The notes: generated by a model not told the origin, from the letters alone. Shown: positions 17,320-37,965, counted from the first letter of the stretch. The stretch is 64,000 bases of DNA from the human T2T-CHM13v2.0 reference genome, Homo sapiens (GCF_009914755.1 NC_060927.1), one strand, 5' to 3'. Translations and numbers: made by a program.

Positions 17320-18491
17320 TAAACTTTAGTGGTTTTTTAGCCAATACAAACTGTCACATGAAGTTGTCTCTAAGTAGCTGTCTTTATATCATGTGGGGCC
17401 ACCACCTTGATTAAACCTATAAACCTGGAGCAGGGAAAAGAAGGCAGACCATGGCCACAGGGAATGACAAATGGTAGGGTCAGAGGGGCAAGGCAGGCTG
17501 CTAAAACAAGGAGAAACCCACCCTGTAGGAAGAGGGGTGGGGATATTGGTTAGGTCACCCATCTTCGGATGCTTGCCATAAGGCAAACCACCTTCTAGGA
17601 TACTTGGCAGCACAAGAATGCCCAGTTATACCATGGGTGACAGTGAGTATCCTCTTGGGTTTGAAGGCTGATCCCTTAGAGCAAAGGGATCATGAAAACC
17701 CAGGATTTGATACTTCTAACACTGTCTCTATTTTCAACCTAACTAAATTTGTTGAGTTCAAATGAGAGTTCTCCCTCTTATCCATCAGAGTAATTCACAG
17801 CATTACCCAACTATACACAGAAACACAAGTGAGGAGCTCAAAGAATTTCAAAGTTGGATGGAAAACAACAATAAGATTTTTATAAGCAAAACACGCCATC
17901 ACCCTCTGCCTTCTCTACAATTTTCAGAGGTCTGTGTACTAGAAAACATTTTAATTACTAGCATGGAGGAAAGGTAAGACCTTGATTTTCTCTTTGAGGG
18001 CAACTATTCTCAGAATTTATCAAGTAAGATCTTAAAAATTCTTAATCCATGAGAAGTTTGAGTTTAAAATGTAACAAGACAAAATATTAATTAAATGGAT
18101 GATAAAGCTAAATACAGTCTATTTATTTGGTGTCCAGACTACTGACAACTTAATATAGGCTCTTACAGGTTTTCTTGCCTAGGAAGTAACCTGCATTTCT
18201 TGGTAAGTCCCTGAGAAGAAACAGACCTGCCCAATGAAAATGCACATGCCAACTGAAATTAGCACCTGGTGAGACACCGTACATTTAAAGGTCTGTAAAC
18301 TTCCAGGAACTGGTATCTTCAACAATGTTTACAGACTTTTTATAGCTCTTCTCACATGAAGTGTTTACCCTCCGTTTGTGGCTTATCATGAACTGACCAG
18401 CAATATGTTCTGATGAACAAATAAAGTTTTTCTTAAATAGTTTTACTTTCTTTAAAGGCTTTTTGTGAAAAAGACAAATTTTTGCTACTTA

Positions 18492-18935
<444 letters not shown>

Positions 18936-19281
18936 ATCACATCATCATCTCTTTAAGTCCCTCCATCTCTAAAGATTCATTCATCCTAGAAGGGGAAGAT
19001 TGCAGCCAGCCAGAGACCTCTCCTCTTTTCTTTGTTCAAGCAATAAAGGGCCTATTTCCTGGGCCTCGTAGGGGTCCCAGGCAGTAGCAATTAAAGTCTG
19101 ACTGGCTTTTGTGGAGAAATAAGCAAATCCCCTTGCACAACTAGACACTGGTCAGTAACTTCTTGCCAGGTTATACATGTGGAGATGGGTTGAAAGGTTC
19201 ACCATTTTCATGCCTCTGTACTTCAGGGAAGCCTTCCCTGATTACCCCTACCCAACCCCCCACTTACCATTCTTTGTTTAA

Positions 19282-20248
<967 letters not shown>

Positions 20249-21476
20249 AAGTTTCTACCTATAAAAATTCTAAATTATTCTAATATGATAAGGCTTCTTA
20301 AAAAGTATTACTGCTTTGGTTTTCCTTCTGAAGAATTTTAATCCCAATACATAGTATGAATCCTATTGCTTTTCCTCTCAAGTCTCAGAGATGTGTGTGT
20401 TAGGTTCCTCTTTTGCCATCGAGCATCCTGTTTCTCCTCGTATTTCTCAGGTTTCTGATATTTTTTTAGACCTGTACATTCTAGATGGGCTTTTCTGTGC
20501 CTGGAAATACCTACCCATTGTCTGGTTAAAGTAATTCCTCTGATCTGAAGCTCACTACTCAATCTCTTCTTAGTTAACAAAGACACATTTCATCATCTTC
20601 TATTCATAACACATTTCATTCAACATTTAATTCAAAACTTTTATTCTCTACCACACTTAAAATTTTATGATAAAAAGATTATTATCACTTAAGTTCTGAA
20701 CCTGGTAAACTCGTCTGTCAGCTGTCTACTACATGTCATCTTTTCCAGAAAATCTTCCTGTATTCATTAAAAGTTTGGTCACTGTCTATATGTTCCCACA
20801 ACCTCCTGTGTTTGGCACATCAGAGCATTGACCATGGTGAAATCAAACAGCCTGTTTCTGTTCTCTATCTGCACTCACAGCATATTAATACTTAATCTGT
20901 AGTACTTAGCACAGTTCTTAGGAAGGCGCTTGGTAGAAACTCACTGAATGAATGGATAACTCCAGGGAGAACTCTCATCTTAAATAGAAATAGATACTTC
21001 TAATCCTTTAAAGATTCCTCAATGAAAATATTTCTTTTAATACTTTCTCATTTTCATCTCTGAAGGATGAAACTCTGCAGCCTAAGGGTTCTGTGCATGC
21101 AACCCATCTTAGTCATTTTGTAAATCTCAAATTGACAAAAAAGTTTTCTTTTTTTAATTTAAACAAATTAGGTTATCTGGTTCCACACAAGCTTCTCTTA
21201 ATCTTGAAAATAATATTGACTGTACCACTAATGAACATTATGGATAGTTAAAATCTCTAAGCTTTAGTTTCTTTTGTGAAAAATTTAGATAACAGTGTTG
21301 ACTTATAAGACATTTATACACTTATACGTCATTCGCTATGTGCCAGAGACTGACTTAAGTGCTTTATAAATATGTCAAATAAATGATTAAATGATATAAC
21401 GCATGTTAAAACATATTCCTAGTACCTAGCAAAAATTTGATGAATGTTGGCTAATAAGAATATTACATTGAAGAAT

Positions 21477-22162
<686 letters not shown>

Positions 22163-23005
22163 TTAAAAAAGACTTTAAGTCCCAAAGCTGTAATTTGAAA
22201 GGAAATCTTAAACTTTGTGGAGATTTTGTTAAACTTGAACAGTAACATTTATATTAATTCTTTTATTCCTTTTGAAATATAGATGCTTTGAGCTGGAGCT
22301 GCAAGGTTAAAAAAAGAAAAGGAATACAGATGCTGCCTAATTTACTGACTGATGCTAGATAGATATGAGGCATTACTATACAATGATAACGTTCAGATAA
22401 TTTATTGAATGCTACCTATGTGCCAAGCACTGTGCTCAGTACTGTGTGTATACTAAGTAGTTTATTTGTAGTATCTAATATTCACGGGAACTGACAGGAT
22501 AAATACTCTGCTAATCCTTCATTTGATGAATGATTTAAACTTAGAGAGGTTAAGTAATATGCTCAAAGGTTGCATAGCTGATAATGAGAAGGCCAGGTCT
22601 GAATTCTGGAACTCTCATGTTAGAATTTGTACTCCTCATCAACAGTCAATACTGTTTCCCCAATAATGAAAAGAATCATTAGATTTAAATTCTAATTAAT
22701 TTTGCCACAGATTTTAGCAAAACCTTTATTAGTCATTTTTTTAGGCAGCACAGGTAAGATGCTGAAAGATAAGAAGTTATAAAAAGAACAAGAGAGAAGG
22801 CTCAGATCACAGACCTCCTCTTGGTTTGGAGAAAATTTATTAGAAGCATGAAGAAGGATGAAGATTATTTGAGAAAATAAGCATTTTTACTTTGAGGCTT
22901 CTCTTAGTAATTTTAACAGGAATGCTTTGTTTTAATAGAGCAATTTTTAGGTTTTTTTTTTTTTTTAACATATAGGAATACCTACTGTTGATCAGATTTT
23001 CATGA

Positions 23006-23365
<360 letters not shown>

Positions 23366-23796
23366 GGCCATCACTGTCTTACTGTTCCAACCAAGTGGTA
23401 GAACTGGAAAACAACTATTCTGGTATATTCAATTTGCTGCAGAAATCTACCCTCAAATTACCTGTATCTCACCTATATTAGGAAGAATTTTAATAGAATA
23501 GCATTGTGACTATCTTACTTTATATTTTAATGTATTAGAGGCATATAGTATGGGGATTGATTTTATAGACCTAGCTAATTTTTTCCTCTTTTGGTCTGTC
23601 TTCCTTTGTGCTCCATGCTTCCTCAACTTCTTTTTCCTTGATGCTTTTCTGTCTTACTTCATCTGTTTCAACCTTTTTGCCTTAACATCTCATTGTGAAT
23701 AAAATATACAAGAAAATCATGTGCCTGATACTATTATCTTGCTTCAAAAGATTATTTACTACTTTATCTCTTTAAAACCAGGCAAATTGTTTCTTA

Positions 23797-24072
<276 letters not shown>

Positions 24073-24530
24073 TCACTTACTTTTTCTTAATCTGAGGCTC
24101 TCTTTCTGCAGGTTCTGAAGAATACCTAAGGACACACATTAAACTATTAACAGTGGTCACCTTTGGAAAGAGAGGGACTGAGGAGTTAAGGTTTTGTTTC
24201 ACTTATTCTTGGGATACTTTAAAGCAAGTGAGTGTATTACCTAAGGGTGTGTATGTATGTACGGTCTTTCCTATATTTCTTCCTTTGCTTTTAAACACCA
24301 ATGTTAAAAAAAAATCAGAAGTTTAGCTCAAAAAGATTATTGAGTTTTCTTATAAAGTGTTCAAGCCAAAGCAGGATTTCTAAGATGGTGGAGTAAGGAG
24401 GCTGGCATGCCCTCTTTCCAGCAAAACAACATTTTAACTAGTAAAAATTATAAAATACCGTAATTTAAAGTATTTGCCAATTCTCTTAAGGGCATACAGC
24501 AAATGGAGAAATATTCATTCAAGAAAATCT

Positions 24531-24825
<295 letters not shown>

Positions 24826-26766
24826 TTAGCAAGAACAGCAAAAGTTTTGTAGCATTTGATCCACAACCTGTTCCCTTCCCTTGTTTCCTTCTCCCTGCCA
24901 CTACAGCTCTATATTTTAGAAACTCTATCTAGTCCAGGCAGGTGGCCAAGAAGATGGGGGTTCCCTCTCTCTCTAGTTCCCAGGCTACCCTGAAAGAAAG
25001 AAGCATACCATTTGCATTTCTCATCACCTCCCAGCCCTGTGTTGTGTAAGTTCTATTCTGAACAGCAACCAGGAAAAATGAAGCTCCTTTTATCCCACCA
25101 AGCCTCCACTCCTGGGGTAAAACACTACCCTGGGCACAGCAGGCTGAGAACACTGGAACCCTGAATGCCCCACCTCAAACTCCCTGTCGAGAGATTCCAA
25201 ACCTGGGGCAAGCTGAGAACCAGGGGTTACCTACTCTCTCCCCTGCTCAAAGAGCCAGAGGTGTTATTCTGGGAGAAGAGGGATGCTGTTCCATGCCATC
25301 CAAATTCTGCCCTCCTCCCCATTTCAGTGGCATAAAAGTTAAAGTTCTCCCTGGTGGCTGAGGCTGACTATGAAGAAGAAACTGCAGCTGGAGAGAGGAG
25401 TGAGGAGGAAGGTGGTGGTGATGACTTTGTTTATTTGGAATGAAATGTAGAAAATTCCTTTCCTAAGGGTGTTGACAACAGAGATCCTGATGGAGTGAAA
25501 ATGAGAGGGTGCTGGTAGTTCTCTGACACTAGCAGCAACAAATGACAGCGCAAAACAGCCGGAAGTTCAACAGAGAAAACCAGAGAAAGAGACAGCCAAG
25601 AAGAACCTTCCTGGAGTCATAGTCAATCCTGGGAGTTGGATTTGTTAACTGACTGTTGTCATCATCTTACAACATATATGTATATCAAGACATCATATAT
25701 ATACACCTTAAATATATATTATTTTTTAAAAGGAAGGATTTGTTTCCCTTTGTTTTTAACTAAAAAACAAGTGATTCTTCATTTCACTAGCTCCCTTTGA
25801 TTCATTTGAACGTAGCCTACCAAATCCTCCACTGTGCTTATTTTTTTTTTTTCATCACAGCATTGGAAGAATGCTTTATCACCAATCTTTGGTGGTTATT
25901 AATAGGTTGCTGAGCTAACTTGGCATTTCACATATTTCTTCTTATATGAAAGAAGGATAACATTTTATAGTTACTGATCTGCTTAAGTAATTGCTATGCT
26001 TAAAAGTTTCTTTTGTTTATAGGTTTCAAATTTTGTGAGTTTATCTGTTTATCCATTAAGCATATTTGGAACAGGTTTAAAAAATAAAATAAAAAATAAA
26101 AGTGCTGGGAGTTGGGAAAGCTATGCACATATCCTAAGCTGCATTCACTCATGGGCAAAAAAAGGGAAGGGAATGAGGCAGACTTGAAAGCATTCCCCAA
26201 GCCACATACGGATCTATCAACACAGGGAGGAAGCTTCACTGGCAAAAGTGGTTTAAATACAACCTCTCACCAAACACTGGCTGAACTAACAGCTATTCTT
26301 ACACCTAGGAGCAACTCCTAGGAAGCCAGGCTTAAAAATAAAATAGTAATGCTTCCCTGGTTGTCTGAAGACTGCACACCCAAGGCTGCCTTTCTCAGGA
26401 ATAATCAGAGAGGTATCTTCCAAGCTGCTAGTCCCTGGCCTAAAATGTGGGTCAAAAAAGTAAATACCCTGAATTATGAAAGCAGCCTGCAAGCCATACA
26501 CATATCCAACAGTAAAGGGTAAACCTAACTGGCTAAGGGGTTTAAGCGCAACCTTTGATCAGTAAGTGGCTTATGCTAACCCAGGGGTGACCTCCTCAGC
26601 AGCCAAGACAAATGATAAAAACAAAGGAAAAAAGATCTGAGCAAAGACATCAGAGGCTGCACAAGGCAGAGAAAACAGATTTTGGAGTTTGTTCATCCAA
26701 GTAACTAAACAAATAAATGACCAACGAGAAAATAATATCAACCTCTAGGGGGCAGATAATTAGTAA

Positions 26767-27118
<352 letters not shown>

Positions 27119-27246
27119 AAATGTCCAGTTTTTAAGAAAAAATTATGAGACGTACAAAGAAACAGGAAAATGTGATGGATACATTGATAAAAGAGCAAGC
27201 AACAGCACCTTGGCCCACAAAGATTTCAAAGCAATGATTATAAATA

Positions 27247-27598
27247 CAAAGTCCCCAACTTACAATGCTTTGACTTATGATTTTTTTTTACTTTATGATA
27301 GTGCTTTTAGCTGTGTACTTTAATGGTGAGTACCTATACAATCATTCTGTTTTGTACTTTCAGTATAGTATTAAACAAATTTCATAGTATATTTGACATT
27401 TCATTATAAAATAGGCTTTGTGTTACATGATATTATCAAACTATAGGCTAATGTAAGTATTCTGCGTGTTAAAGGTAGGCTATATTATTCTGTGATGTTT
27501 GGTAGATTAGGTGTATTAAATGCATTTTTGACTTACAATATTTTAAACTTATGATGGGTTTATTAGATGTAACCCCATCTTAAATCCAGGAGCACCTG
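27247..27598 (-). mobile_element. MER47A-like Tigger MITE
   Basis: Resembles the recalled MER47 consensus (ggtgtattaaatgcattttt-gactta...gatgggtttat); TA dinucleotides on both flanks. Confidence 0.75.
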
Positions 27599-28945
27599 TA
27601 TGTTCAAAGAACTAAAGAAAATCATATCTAATTAAAAGTGGGTATGATGACAATATCTCTCATGAAATAAAGAGTATCAATTTTAAAACAGAACCAAGTG
27701 GAAATTCTGCAGTTGAAAGTATAATCAAAATTAAAAATTTACTATAGTGGCTTGACAGTAGATTTGAGCTGACAAAAGCAAGAAACACCACATTTGACGA
27801 TATATCAAGAAGTTATGCCATCTGAAGAAGAGAGAGAAAAAAGAATAAAGAAAAATGAACAGAGCATGAGAGAAGTATGGGATACCATTAAATATACTGA
27901 CATATGTGTAATGGGAGTAACCAAGGTAGCAGACGAAAAAGCAGAAAAATTTAGGAGAAATAATGGCTAAAAACTTGCCCAATTTGATGAAAAACATAAT
28001 TTACACATCCACAAAGTTCAATGAACTTCAAACAGGATAAATGCAAAGAGATGCACACATGGATTCATCATAGGAAAAATGCTGAAAGCCAAGGATAAAA
28101 ACAAAATCATGAAAGTAGTAAGAGAAAAGTAATTCACTACATACAAAGAAAATCCAATAAAATTAATGATTAATTCTTATCACCTGGCTCACAATGGAGG
28201 CCAGAAGGTAGTGGGATCACATGGTCAAAGTGTTGAAAGTAAAAAACTATCAAACGAGAATCTTACATCGCTCACTGTAACCTCAAACTGCTGGGCTCAA
28301 GCAATCTTCCTGCTTCAGCCTCCCAAAATGCTGGGTTTACAGGCATAAGCCACCCCTGAGAGAATCTGTTGCTATCAGACCTGCCTACTAAAGGAAGTTA
28401 GTCAAGTTGAAAGCAAATGTCACCACAGGGTAATTTGAATTTACATGAAAAAACAAAGAGTGCCAGTAAAGGTAATTTGTAGGTAGTTACAAAAGTATAA
28501 TTACATATTTACTTATCCCTTCTCTCTTAACTGATTTAAAAAGCAAATATATAAAACAATATGTATGTTACTGTATTGTTGGGTCAATAACATAGAAATG
28601 TAATATATTTGACAATAAACACAAAAAAGTGAGTGAAAGAGAAGCTGTATTTGAATATAGGAATGATACCAGATGGCAATTCGAATCCACAGGAAGAAAT
28701 GAAGAGAACCAGAAAAATGGTAAATAGGAAGATTAATATAACAAACTCTATAAATACATACTGGCTTTCCTTTCTTTTCTCAGTTTCTATAAAAGATTAT
28801 CTCAAGTATAATTATAACAATTTATTATTGGGTTTCTAATATATATAGATGGACTAGGTATAACAAGAATAGCCAAAAAAGGAGGAAGGAAATGGATTTA
28901 TATAGAATTAAAGTTTCTGTATTTCCTTAGAATAAATCAGGATAG

Positions 28946-29260
<315 letters not shown>

Positions 29261-29425
29261 AGTAAATTTTGATAAGATGTATACTGTAAGGCCTGGTAAG
29301 GCCACTAGGAAAATAACTAAAAAAATACAATTAAAGATTAATTAAAGGAATTAGTATGCTACACTAGAAAACATACATTTAATATAAAAGAAGGCAGTAA
29401 AGGAGAAAGAACCAAAAAAAAAAAA

Positions 29426-29459
<34 letters not shown>

Positions 29460-29712
29460 ATCTCCAGGAGACATATAAAAAACAAAAAGTATAATAATAG
29501 AGAATGTCAGGTTGAATTTAAAAACACATGATCCAATTTGCTGTCTACATGAAACACACTTTAGATTCAAAGATACAAAGGCAGAAAGTGAAAGGATGGA
29601 AAAAAAGGTGTACCATGCAAAACAGTAGTCAAAATAAAGCTGGAGTGATTATAGTAGTATGACACAAAAATGTCTTAGAGAATGACACTTTAGAATAAGA
29701 CTCAACTGGTCA

Positions 29713-30242
<530 letters not shown>

Positions 30243-31071
30243 CTAACTAGACAGAACACACATCTACAGAACAAAAACTCCAACCAAAACCAGAATGGTA
30301 ACACATTTTGTCAACTGATACATGGAACAGTCTCTAAGACCGTATGTTGGTCCATAAAACAAGCCTCAATAAATTTAAAAGGATTAAAATAATACAATGC
30401 ATGATCTCTGACCACAATGAAATGAAGAAATCAGTAAGAGAAGGAAAATCTGGAAATTCAGAAATACATAAAAATTAAACAAAATACTCCTGAATAACCA
30501 ATAGGTTAAAGAAGAAATAAGTGAAATGAGAAAATACTTTGAGATGAATAAAAACAGAAATGCAACATACCAAAACTTACAAGATGCAGCTAAGGTAATG
30601 TTTAGAGGAAAATGTATAGCTGTAAATGCCTGTATTGAAAAAGTTTTCAAACCACTCCCACTAATATTCAACACCTGTCTCTATCATATTACCCCATTTC
30701 AGTGCCTGAAACTCTCGTTTGTCTGCCTGTTTTTTTTTTTTTTTTTAGAGACAGTCTCACTGTCTTGCCCAGGCTGCTCTCAGACTCTTGCCCTCAAACA
30801 ATCCTCCCACCTCAGCCTCCGGAATAGCTGGGATTCCAGGTCGGAACCACTGAGCCTGGCCATCTGCCTGTTTATGCTGTGCCCCCTGGCATTAGAGCAT
30901 AAGCTTTACAACAGTAGCTGACCATACTAGGGGCTTAATGAATATTTTCTGATCAACATGACATCAACATCTTTACTTAGAACTATCACTTATAGTCATA
31001 TAAGTATTAACTGTCTCTCCAAAATTCTATTTATTTAGAATCCTGTTATATTTAAAAAATCGACTGATTGA

Positions 31072-31272
<201 letters not shown>

Positions 31273-31379
31273 TGAACTCCTGGACTCAAGCAATCCTCCT
31301 GCTTCAGCCTCCTTACAGGCGTGAATCACTGCACCCAGCTAGAATATTATAAAGGACTCTCTGTCTTAACAGTTTATAA

Positions 31380-31856
<477 letters not shown>

Positions 31857-32390
31857 TGATCCGCCCGTCTCGGCCTCCCAAAGTGCTGAGATTACAGGTG
31901 TGAGCCACCATGCCCAGCCTAGAAGTTTTCTGGTTTGGTTTTAAATAAAACTTACCCAATCAAGATTTTCTTTTGAAATTACATATATATTTCTTTAAAC
32001 TGTTATCAATAATCAAAAAAAGCAAATATGAAAAAAATCAATCTTTTGAAACAAGTCAAATAGAATATAAAACTAAAATGAAATTAATATAAAAGGAAAG
32101 AAGGAAGAGTTACACAATGGCTAAACCAGTGTTTATACATCTTTGAACTGCATAATAAGAAATCATTTCCACCTGCTTAATTTCATGTTGCAGATTCTAG
32201 GGTACTAAAAGATAAGCAGTGAAATAACTACTACATAAATGCTTGAAGGAAAACTATAATTCCTTAAAACAAACTATCAGAGCCTAAATTATCAAGAGTA
32301 AAGATATCCAAATGATTAAAAATTTTTCAAAAAATAAACATTTACAACAGTATTATTATAAAAACCACTTCTCTTGTAATGTGCAACTTA

Positions 32391-32543
<153 letters not shown>

Positions 32544-32733
32544 TTATTTTTCCAGATAGTGTAATTCTCTCAATTAGCTAACATTACACAAATATTTGTG
32601 AAGGTAGTAAAATTATCACAAAAGGTAGTAAAATCTGATAAATTCAAATAATAAACTAATGTGAATATATAGGACATATTTGTGTATATTTATAGTATGA
32701 AACTGTAAGTTGGGGAAAATATACAAAAAATAG

Positions 32734-33066
<333 letters not shown>

Positions 33067-33818
33067 TAGTTTTTAGAGGTAAGAAGATACCCTGGACAGA
33101 GAATTATTAATACATTGCCAGAATATTTGCTTCTTAGAGCTGGTAATGGTACCAAGCTGTGTGAGTTTACTAAAGATTTTCTGTTACTTCTGTTTTCACA
33201 ATAATGAAACCCAAATCAGTTTTGTATAGTCTTAACAAAAAATTCTATAATAATTATTTTTTCAGAGTCAGGTTCTCACTCTGTTTTCCAGGCTGGAGGG
33301 CAGTGGTACAATCATAGCTCACTATAACCTCAAACTCCCAGTCTTAAGTGATCCTCCTGGCTCAGCTTCCCAAGTAGCTAGGACTGCAGGCACATGCCAC
33401 TATGCCTGGCTCATTTTTATTTTTTGCAGGAGACAGGGTCTTACTGCATTGCCCAGGCTAGTCTCGAACTCCTGGCCCCAAATGATCCTCCTGCTTTGGG
33501 CTCCCAAAGCACTGGGATTACAGGCGTGAACCACCACACCCAGCCTGTATAGTCTCTCAAACCCACTGTTTTCTTACTGACAGACCAGACAATAATATGT
33601 TATTAAATTTTGCTTTCCATACTTTGTAAGATGAACAAATGGGTGGTTTAAGTTTTTTCAAATTAAAAACATCCTCCCAGTTTAGAATCTCTAAACTAAT
33701 CTCCAAAGTTCTTATAACTTAAAATTCTATCGTCACTTTAAAAATGGGTCATATAAGAGTTATTTCATTAAAATTCAAGTAAATCAGATTCTGCATAACA
33801 AAGTGTTTATCTCACTCA

Positions 33819-34004
<186 letters not shown>

Positions 34005-34225
34005 TCAGAATTTTAAACAGTTATTTTCAGAATAGGTAATTAAAAAATATGTAAAAGGTATAAGGTGAAATGTTTCTCTTCTTGCATTGAATTTTAGCTA
34101 CTCTGTTCCCTTTCTACAAATTGTCTATTATTAATAGCTTGAGTTAATTTTCATGCTAGTGGTGTGATTAAATGCAGACAGAAATTTGTTTCTAATAATA
34201 ATAAAAAAACACATTCTTTTATTGA

Positions 34226-34333
<108 letters not shown>

Positions 34334-35331
34334 TGAGATAATAGGCGTGTACCACCATGCCCATCTAATTTTTAGCAGAGATCTTGGCCAAGCTGGTCTC
34401 AAACTCCTGTCCTCAAGTGATCCGCCTGCCCTGGGCTCCCAAAATGCTGGGATTACAGGCGTGAGCCACCACACGTGGCCAAAAGAATGTATTTTGAGAT
34501 GGGAAAAGGAAATATATTTATAGAAGTACACTGTATATTTATAAACATCTATTCTTTTTGTTATTGTTTTTACAGGAATGACAATATATGAAATATAGGG
34601 TTAAGAGGTTTGTTTTTTCACTTATTATATTTCAAACAAGAACATTATATAAAAGAAGACCATTTACATACATGGTGCTATGATTTTTCCCACCCAGTAA
34701 CAAAATATACCAAAAAGTTCTTAAGCTGGGTGGAGTTTTATAAATTGCATATCTGTTAGCTATTTCCTGTGAAAATAACAACAAAAACAGAACCCTGGAG
34801 GTAATATACAAGCAATTATCATTCCACTACCAAATCTAAAAACTTAATTTTATCTGTAGACATCTACCTTTCCTCCTGTTATGAGGGGTGAACTGTCCAG
34901 ACTTTCACCTAAAGCCATTCCCTCCTATGTATTAGATAAGAAGGGAGTATGTAAGGTTTCGCCTGCTCAATAGTTTTGCTCTTGTGTTTACTGCTCTCTC
35001 CTGCCTCCTAAACTATTCCTTCTGTACTAGATGTATACATCTTAAAAATACTCTTAACTTCTTGACCCCATTTCCTCTGCCAGCTACTAACCCATTTCTC
35101 TGATTCCCTTTATAGCAAAGGTCCTGAAAAGTATTGTTGACATTTCTTTTCTTCAGTCTCTCACCTCCCAATCTCTCAATTTATTCTAATCACACCATTC
35201 ACTGAAATAGCTCCTGGGTGCTAATATGTTCTGCACCTTTTTAGTTTTCTTCAGCAATAGATTGGCCTGAACTACTTGCTATGTCATTACTGAAGGAACA
35301 GTTCTTCCAGGGATTTCAAATTTATTCATAG

Positions 35332-35520
<189 letters not shown>

Positions 35521-35699
35521 TAGTAGAGAGGGGGTTTCACCATGTTAGCCAGGATGGTCTCGATCTCCTGATCTTGTGATCTGCCCGCCTCAGCCTCCCA
35601 AAGTGCTGGGATTACAGGCTGTTTATAAATTCTTAAACTTTAAAATGTTTTCACATATTGGTATATACAATAGCCTTAAACTTTAAAACTTAAAGTGTA

Positions 35700-37570
35700 C
35701 ATTTAAAGTGAATACAAAGAATACATTTTGTTGTGAAAAATTCAAAGAATATCAAAGTAAAAGTTATTCTTTCTCTCTTCTACCAAATACCATTATTCTC
35801 TCCAAAGGTAACCAGTGTTTAAAGTCTGAAAGTTTTCTAGATCAGTGTAGACATATTACTTTTACAGCTAAAGTTTTTATTTTTACATAAATGGTAGCAT
35901 ACTGCATTTGTCCTGAAACTTGCTATTTTTCACTCAATATTTTGTCTTAAAAATCCTTTATCTAGCTCAGTTTATTTAACCATTCCCCTGTTGATAGACA
36001 TTTAGACTATTTCCAGTTTGTTACTATTACATAGACTGCTGCAATAAAACATCTTTTACATATATTTATTGGTACACACCTGTGCATATCCATGTAGATA
36101 CCTAGAAGCAAAATTACTGGCTTAAAGGGAATATATATCTTCAATTTTGGAATATACTACAAAACTGTCTTCTAACAAGGCAGTTTTCAAAAGGGGCCTT
36201 TTCCTCTATATCTTTGTCAATCATTTTCATTCATGCCAATCTGTTGAGCAGTAAGTATCCATTTTAATTTGTATTTCATTAATAATAATTATTATTATTA
36301 GAAATGGGGTCTCACTCTGTCACCTAGGCTGGAAGGCAGAGGTGCAATCATAACTCACTGCAGCTTTGACCTCCCAGGCTCAAGCCATCCTGTCACTTTA
36401 CCCTCCCGAGTAGCTGGGACTACGGGGTGCGTGCCAACACATCTGGCTATTTTTGTTTTTGTTTTTGGAGACGGGGTCTTGCCATGTTGCCCAGGCTGGT
36501 CTTGAATTCATGGGCTCAAGCAATCTGCCTGCCTTGGCCTCCCAAAGTGCTGGAATTACATGTGTGAGCCACTGTGCTTGGCTTTCATTAATTATTAATT
36601 ACTTATGTTATATATAATTAATGCTTCTTTTCTTTCTTTTTTTTGAGACAGAGTTTTGCTCTTGTGGCCCAGGCTGGAGTGCAATGGCATGATCTTGGAT
36701 ACCTGCAACCCCCGCCTCCCAGGTCCAAATGATTGTCTTGCCTCAGCCTCCTGAGAGTAGCTGAGATTACAGGCACCCGCCACCACGCTTGGCTAATTTT
36801 TTGTATTTTTAGTAGAGATGGGGTTTCATCATGTTGACCAGGCTGGTCTCGAACTCCTGACCTCAGGTGATCTACCCGCCTCGGCCTCCCAAAGTGCTGG
36901 GATTACAGGTGTGAGCCACTGCGTCCAGCCTAATGCCTCTTCTCATGTTTACTGGTTTGTAAGATTCTTCCTTGGAAAAGTGCCTTTTTCATATCCCTCG
37001 CTCACTTTTCTATGGGATTTATTTATCTTTCCTACTGATCTGTAGGATTTGTTATGTAGGACTGAAAATATTTCCATCTGTCACTTTTTTTTTAACTTTG
37101 CTCAAAGTGCTGATTGATGTATACATCTATTTAATCTATTTAAATTTATACAGATTGGCTGGGGCAAGGTGGCTTATGTCTATAATCCCAGCACTTTGGG
37201 AGGCCGAGGTAGGTGGATCACTTGAGGCCGAGGAGTTTGAGACCAGCCTGGCCAACATGGTGAAACATCATCTCTGCAAAAAAAAAAAAAAAAAGAAAAA
37301 AAAAGAAAAAAGAAAAGAAATTTATACGGATCATCAATTATGAACTCTGTGACTTCTTTAGAAAGAGGATTTAAAAAATATCCTCTTATTTTCTTATAAA
37401 CCCTTATTTTTGTCCTTTTATATATAAACCATCTAGTAGTTATTTTGGGTACACATTAGGTAGGACTATAAACAGCTATTTTTTTCAAATACACAGTCAG
37501 CTGACCCATCACCATTTATTGAATAGTCCCAATCCTTTTGCCACTGATATAAGACTTTTATCATAAACTA
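35700..37570 (-). mobile_element. Old L1M(E)-like fragment, Alu-interrupted
   Basis: ttatttaaccattcccctgttgatagacatttagactatttccagttt...gctgcaataaaacatc and accatttattgaatagtcc, L1 ORF2/3' antisense motifs. Confidence 0.6.
37157..37320 (+). mobile_element. Alu left monomer/FLAM with long A tail
   Basis: Left arm only, then an A-rich tail. Confidence 0.88.
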
Positions 37571-37965
37571 AATACAAACATATATATATTATGTATTTTT
37601 ATATATGCACATATCACATATATATATCCACTAGGCCCCCTGAAATCATTTTAAATTACTAAGCATTTATTAGAAATCTTATTTACGCAACATGAAAAAC
37701 ATTTTCTTATCTCCTGGTGCCCTTCCTCATGAAATACTTTTTATATTTTTCTTCTTAAATTACTACTTTTTAAATTTCCAGTTTGACATTTCATCTAGTC
37801 CAAGAATAAATCACCTTAGGATTGCATCTATTTGAAATATGAACTCTAGGATTTTCTTCCAAAAGAAAAGACACCTAACCTATGTCTTTGTACCAGAAAA
37901 TATCCACAGTAATGCACTGACAAAATGATATAAAATGACCTAGTTTAAATGAGATGAGATACCTA

